Below are positions 59,586 to 64,000 of a DNA stretch of 64,000 bases, in pieces (the first letter of the stretch is position 1; each line of letters begins with the position of its first letter). The translations under genes and the position numbers were made by a program. This stretch comes from a virus (taxonomy: Duplodnaviria; Caudoviricetes). The DNA lies in IMG/VR virus record IMGVR_UViG_3300044262_000032, positions 25,676 through 89,675 of that record. The stretch is one strand, 5' to 3'. Under the pieces are notes generated by a model. That model worked only from the letters and a program-made list of their open reading frames with translations, did no database searches and had not been told where the DNA came from.

Positions 59586-61088
59586 TTAGAGCGTCTTATT
59601 GATGCGCTCTAGGTTAGCAATGAGATCAACGCTGACCTCACCAACGACTTCCGGCTTGACTTCCTTTTTCTCCTCAGGCTTTACCACTTTCTTTGCTAGA
59701 ACATAATCTAGCGCATCAGACATGCTATCCATACGCAGCTGCATCTGAATGAAAGCTTCTTCCTGAGTCTCAGTATCCTCGCTCTCCTTGTCGCGGAGTT
59801 CGCCAAGTGCTACGAGAATCTGATCGAGGACCCTCATCATATTAGCCATCATCTGCTGCACACCAGGTGTTGGCTCTGGCTCAGCCGGCGGGTCCTCAGG
59901 AGGATCGTCTTCAGAGTCAGTTGCCTTGACAGTCAGTGAGCCAGTTGCCGGAAGCTCTTCAACTGCTTCCTTAGCTAGCGGCGCTTCCTCGATAGCCTTC
60001 AGTTCTTCCTCGGAATACTCCTTCATTTCAGGAGGTTCCTTGTCGAAGTCCCGATAGTGCTTTGCGAGGTGAGCATATACCGCGCTCTTGCTGTCGAGGT
60101 CTACTCCTCCACGAGCCCCCAGTAGTGCGGCCATTGCAGCCGTGACACCGTTCCAGATAGCGATGAGGGCGCCGTCTTTTACAGTGTGGTGAGGCAGCTT
60201 GTACGCACCAAAGTTGTCTGCAGACTTGCTATCGAACCATGCAAATCCCTTGCTGTATTTAGACCAATTGATATCCTCCTTCTTGCCAGTTCCTTCCTTA
60301 GATGCCCATTTTGCAAGGGCAGCCTTGGCCTTACTTCCACTCCAAGTGCCGGATTCGATCGGAGTTGAGTGCGATGCAACTGCACCTTCAAACTTGATCT
60401 CTTCCCCATCGAAAGTTTCAGTAAACTGGGCAAGAAGTTCCATCACAGGGCCTAGACTCGAAGCTAGCTTCTCCTGGACGAACGACTTCATGACTGGATT
60501 TACTTCAGCTACTCTACGAACAATATCTTCTGCCTGACGCATAAGAAGGGCTTCTGGGTTGGCCGGAACAGCAACCGGGCTAATCTCTAGAAGCTCCCAC
60601 TTATTGTAGATGCAGTAGGGAACATGTTCGTAGGCCGAAAGATCAACTTTCCCAGTAGTTCCATCTGGGTACTCTACCGATAATTCTTTTACTTCAGGCG
60701 GGTCGTCCCAAGGACGCCAGAGATCAACCTTTCCCTTCGGCTTGAACCCGATCGAGAAAGCGTTCATATCTCCAGCAATGAATTTCGCTTCTAGCTCCTG
60801 GCCACGAGTGTCAGTACTAAAAACGAAATCGAAGGTCATCTGGTTTTCTTCTACGTTAAGATCCGTGACATGACCAACGGAACTAACTGCATAATTGTGA
60901 CTTTCCAAAAGAACTGGATTCTTTAGGAAATTCTCAAGCATTGCGCCTTTGGGAAGCACAACTTCGCCGTATCTGTCTAGTGCAGGAGTTGTGGCTACGG
61001 CCCGATAGATTGTTCGTCCATCGGCGTGCTTCTTTAGCTCCGTAGTTTCCACAGCTCGCTGAACTAGAGCTTGGAATCGTTTTGTCAT
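59586..61088 (-). CDS. HK97-type prohead protease with inserted domain and scaffold-like tail
   Basis: LDRYGEVVLPKG..PVLLESHNY..FSIGF..ELLEISPVAVPANPEA. Confidence 0.9.
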   Translation of the reverse strand: MTKRFQALVQRAVETTELKKHADGRTIYRAVATTPALDRYGEVVLPKGAMLENFLKNPVLLESHNYAVSSVGHVTDLNVEENQMTFDFVFSTDTRGQELEAKFIAGDMNAFSIGFKPKGKVDLWRPWDDPPEVKELSVEYPDGTTGKVDLSAYEHVPYCIYNKWELLEISPVAVPANPEALLMRQAEDIVRRVAEVNPVMKSFVQEKLASSLGPVMELLAQFTETFDGEEIKFEGAVASHSTPIESGTWSGSKAKAALAKWASKEGTGKKEDINWSKYSKGFAWFDSKSADNFGAYKLPHHTVKDGALIAIWNGVTAAMAALLGARGGVDLDSKSAVYAHLAKHYRDFDKEPPEMKEYSEEELKAIEEAPLAKEAVEELPATGSLTVKATDSEDDPPEDPPAEPEPTPGVQQMMANMMRVLDQILVALGELRDKESEDTETQEEAFIQMQLRMDSMSDALDYVLAKKVVKPEEKKEVKPEVVGEVSVDLIANLERINKTL

Positions 61089-61104
61089 TTTCCATCCTCC
61101 ATTC

Positions 61105-61122
61105 TTTTCAAGGACTTGTGAA
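61105..61122. promoter_or_regulatory. degenerate palindromic site, copy 7
   Basis: TTCACAAGTCCTTGAAAA on the minus strand, before the protease SD; three mismatches. Confidence 0.4.
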
Positions 61123-61140
61123 ACAAGTTAATTATCCTTT

Positions 61141-63132
61141 TTACTGGCCGGCTGTCAAGCCCTTTGTTAATTGAACCTTCTTTTCGGGCTTCTTAACTTT
61201 CAGAGGGAAGAGGGTGCAGGAACAGAGGTTGCTTCCTGTTTCCCCAGGGAAAGTTAAGTCGGTAGTGGGGAAGGTTTCGCCCACCTTAACCGCTAGAGCA
61301 TGGAGTGATTTATGTGCCCCATCAGCACATGCACCACTTGAACACCATGCCACCTCTTCGACGCCCAGTTTCTTTAATGTTTCAAATCGCCCAAGATTGT
61401 AGATTCTATGAACAATTACGGCTGTTGGGATACTTTCGATAAGCTTAGGAATAAGATCACTGAGGATCCCATCCACCTTTGACTTCAATTCCCCGTTTAC
61501 CTTATCACGGATCCCACGAACAAGTGACTTTCCTAATTCAAGAAGCTGCTCCTCCTTCTTTTGAAGTGTCAGATCACCATTGATTAAAATGTCCTCTGGT
61601 GGGGCTAACTTTAGATCCACGTAAGCTGATCGAACACCCTCAATATAGGATTGTCTAATAATAGGAGTAAGGCCAGTCATCCAGGTCTCAATCCAAAAGT
61701 CCTCATTAACGGTTCTAACCGAGGTTTTTGATAGGCCTTTCTTAATCTTATCTAGATACGAAATAACATAGGAACTAAAGCGTTGACTAATCGGTCGAAG
61801 AGTATCCGTACTCGTATCGATAGCCAACTTGTTCAGCCAACGCTTTTCAGGCATATACTCGATGTAGTCGCGTGATTGAGATACTCGTGGTGGACGAATA
61901 GCTTTTGGAACTTCAGGCTCTGGAATCTCGGGCTCAGGTGGAGCCGCTGACCTCTGATTAAGAGGATCTAGCTCTGGCTTATCTAGAATATAGGCGATCT
62001 GGGACATCGTGTAGCCCATATTCCAATAGATCTGAGCAGCATTCGCAAAGGTTAATTCAGTCGTTGCTTGAACTGCAGGGTCTTCTTTAAAGGCATCGAT
62101 TGAGTTCCATTCCCAGTCACACACAACACCAGGGAAGAATGTATCCAGAATTGACTGCTGAAAGACATCACGGTAGTACACCATCTTCGGACGCAGCGTG
62201 TTTTGATACAGCATTGAGCGCTGCTCTTTGGTGTTGGAGTAGTTGGCATAGCGGAAGATACCGGCCATCGCTGGCGGCACGTTATATACAGCGCAGAGTT
62301 CTTCGCGGGTTAGCTCCTTACCTTGAACGAAATCAAGGTCTTTCATAGTGTTACTTAGAACTCTAACATCGACGCCACCTTCAACGAGTAGTGGCAGTTG
62401 ACCCTTCACAAACCCCATGAAGTTCTGTCTCATGCGGTTCATATATTCTTTACGTTGTGGGTCATTAAAGGTCTGCTTGAGCATCAGAGCAATGGGGTTA
62501 CGCAGCCCATTCTGGAAGAAGCCAGCATTCCAGGTAGCCATATTGAGATCCTGCTCAATTGCTAGACGAGCAGCAGTTAGCGGGGCCATACCACGGAACT
62601 TGTTATAAGGATTGGGGTACTTCCATTGAATAATATCTGTAACAGGAACCAGCTTCTCTACGGTTCGCCCATCAGGCTGAACCTGGCGAATCTTCCATTT
62701 TTCAATACTAGTTCCATCTTTGGAAACAATAGGAGTGATATTCAAGGGGTTGATCAGATCAATCTGGTATGGTGTTCCGTTCTTTTTCTCTAGATACATA
62801 AACGTTTCGCCAAACAACCCAAGATGTAGAAACTGCATCTTGATCATTTCAGCTATTGTAGGAATTTCACCAGGACGAGGTGGATAGAAGCAGTAAATAA
62901 CCGGCTCAGTAAGCTTCTCTAGTTGAACAGTCTCACCGTTAGCATCTGTTTGTCCTGGTCGTGAGAAGAAAAACTCAACACCTGAGATACTATCAGCAAT
63001 AAGGTTGCAACAGGCATACACCCATGCAACTGTCTTATACGCATCCTTTAGATTATAGGTTCGAACGCGCTGCTGAACGGTATTTGGAAACTCTGTCTCT
63101 AACTGCTCAAGTAATTCTGCTGCTGTTGGCAT
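61141..63132 (-). CDS. HK97-family portal protein with MuF-like C-terminal extension
   Basis: VYAC..IAD, YRGMAPL, FFQNG, ELTREELCAVYNVPP; terminal W..C..H..L..VGETF..PG..C.C. Confidence 0.9.
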   Translation of the reverse strand: MPTAAELLEQLETEFPNTVQQRVRTYNLKDAYKTVAWVYACCNLIADSISGVEFFFSRPGQTDANGETVQLEKLTEPVIYCFYPPRPGEIPTIAEMIKMQFLHLGLFGETFMYLEKKNGTPYQIDLINPLNITPIVSKDGTSIEKWKIRQVQPDGRTVEKLVPVTDIIQWKYPNPYNKFRGMAPLTAARLAIEQDLNMATWNAGFFQNGLRNPIALMLKQTFNDPQRKEYMNRMRQNFMGFVKGQLPLLVEGGVDVRVLSNTMKDLDFVQGKELTREELCAVYNVPPAMAGIFRYANYSNTKEQRSMLYQNTLRPKMVYYRDVFQQSILDTFFPGVVCDWEWNSIDAFKEDPAVQATTELTFANAAQIYWNMGYTMSQIAYILDKPELDPLNQRSAAPPEPEIPEPEVPKAIRPPRVSQSRDYIEYMPEKRWLNKLAIDTSTDTLRPISQRFSSYVISYLDKIKKGLSKTSVRTVNEDFWIETWMTGLTPIIRQSYIEGVRSAYVDLKLAPPEDILINGDLTLQKKEEQLLELGKSLVRGIRDKVNGELKSKVDGILSDLIPKLIESIPTAVIVHRIYNLGRFETLKKLGVEEVAWCSSGACADGAHKSLHALAVKVGETFPTTDLTFPGETGSNLCSCTLFPLKVKKPEKKVQLTKGLTAGQ

Positions 63133-63159
63133 CTTAATTCCCCCAGTTATGGGTAGATA

Positions 63160-63999
63160 TTACCATATTCTGATTTCATCTCCAAAATCTTCTTCAGATA
63201 TCGGACCTTGTCCAGCTAGTTTGGAGATGAGTTCCAGGGTGGCCTTGGCTAGTTCGGGGCTCTGAGAGTTTGCCCAGTCTTCCACAAAACTGGTTATCTG
63301 CTCAGCACTCCCATAGGCGCCTTCAACTACCGAGATCCCTGGGGCGAACGTATTATCGGCAAAGGCCAAGACCATCGCGTCCCAGACGTCTGGTGATCTT
63401 CGCATTCTGGTTCTATATACTCTCTTATCCTCAAGAGCGATCTTCTGTGACGGAGTAGGACGATAGCGAATACCCATGTCCTCCTGCAGCAGCTCCATAA
63501 GAAACTCATCGGTGTGATAGTAGGGCTTCCACAGCAGCTCGCGGAGTTCAGCCATCTCTCTGATTTGCCAGGACATTTCAATACGCTTGTTTAGAAACTC
63601 TTCATTTCTATTAGCAGTGTTGCTGACTTTAACCCCTATAACTGGGTAACCAAGCTCAGATAGACGAGAAGCGGGGCCAGATCCAACACCGATACTATCG
63701 ATATAGATAGCAACTGGATACTGCCCGGTCAATCTCTTGGTCTTTTCCCACATACGAATAATGAAATCAACCACTTGCATTGGGTTATTACCGAGGACCC
63801 GCTCGATAAAGCCAAGACGCTTGCCCAGCGCACAGACACAGATTGTTGGGTCACTCCCTTCTTCCCCAACGTCAACGCCTAATACAATATTCTGAAAGTC
63901 TGGTTCAATATTTGGGGCAGTTGGTGCAACTCCAAGCATCTCCTTTATCATCGTTGGGTGAAGCACAGTCATAGCTCCGGCTTCAACGAAGTTAGCCTC
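63160..63999 (-). CDS. terminase large subunit, C-terminal nuclease domain (5'-truncated by window edge)
   Basis: LGVDVG..D; IYIDSIGVG; SPDVWDAMVLAF; frame stays open to the window end. Confidence 0.88.
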   Translation of the reverse strand, partial: EANFVEAGAMTVLHPTMIKEMLGVAPTAPNIEPDFQNIVLGVDVGEEGSDPTICVCALGKRLGFIERVLGNNPMQVVDFIIRMWEKTKRLTGQYPVAIYIDSIGVGSGPASRLSELGYPVIGVKVSNTANRNEEFLNKRIEMSWQIREMAELRELLWKPYYHTDEFLMELLQEDMGIRYRPTPSQKIALEDKRVYRTRMRRSPDVWDAMVLAFADNTFAPGISVVEGAYGSAEQITSFVEDWANSQSPELAKATLELISKLAGQGPISEEDFGDEIRIW

Positions 64000-64000
64000 A

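Noticed and set aside
1-64000. Stop-codon reassignment
   Set aside because: Conserved genes are intact under the standard code, TAA, TAG and TGA all end genes at coupled junctions, and no CTA, TTA or TCA suppressor tRNA was found
1-64000. Integrase, repressor or prophage boundary
   Set aside because: None recognised in the window, so lifestyle cannot be assigned from this segment

Overview
About 64 kb of a large tailed dsDNA phage genome (Caudoviricetes, long non-contractile tail, HK97-type head); no host chromosomal genes are visible and the standard genetic code fits. Plus strand (1-31628): a DUF1257/DUF2997/Ycf46-like AAA+ module; a replication block (HTH initiator with a probable internal iteron origin, degenerate DnaC-like loader, DnaB, primase, SSB-like protein, SF2 helicase, RecA-like protein, three PD-(D/E)XK nucleases); nucleotide genes (DUF5664 dATP/dGTP diphosphohydrolase, stand-alone TSCPD/NrdJb-like protein, ThyX, Zn deaminase); an envelope cassette (lipoproteins, outer-membrane beta-barrel); an array of 29 tRNA genes plus one tRNA half covering all 20 amino acids, interleaved with small ORFs and unexplained structured RNAs; and a UDG-PolA fusion polymerase. 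Minus strand (31648-64000): terminase large subunit (truncated by the window), portal with a MuF-like tail, prohead protease, capsid, neck genes, amidase, tail tube, G/GT chaperone frameshift, 2431-aa tape measure and large Ig/FN3/LamG tail proteins. The host is diderm, possibly Desulfobacterota-like (inference). The most unusual signals are a re-engineered tRNA set (an ACA-anticodon tRNA on the tRNA-Tyr scaffold, variable-arm class swaps, complete A18/G55 covariation), large structured RNAs in the array, and an 18-bp near-palindrome (TTTwCAAGCGCTTGwAAA) repeated at strategic positions. All family calls come from motif recognition by eye and all RNA folds are manual; no database search or folding program was run.
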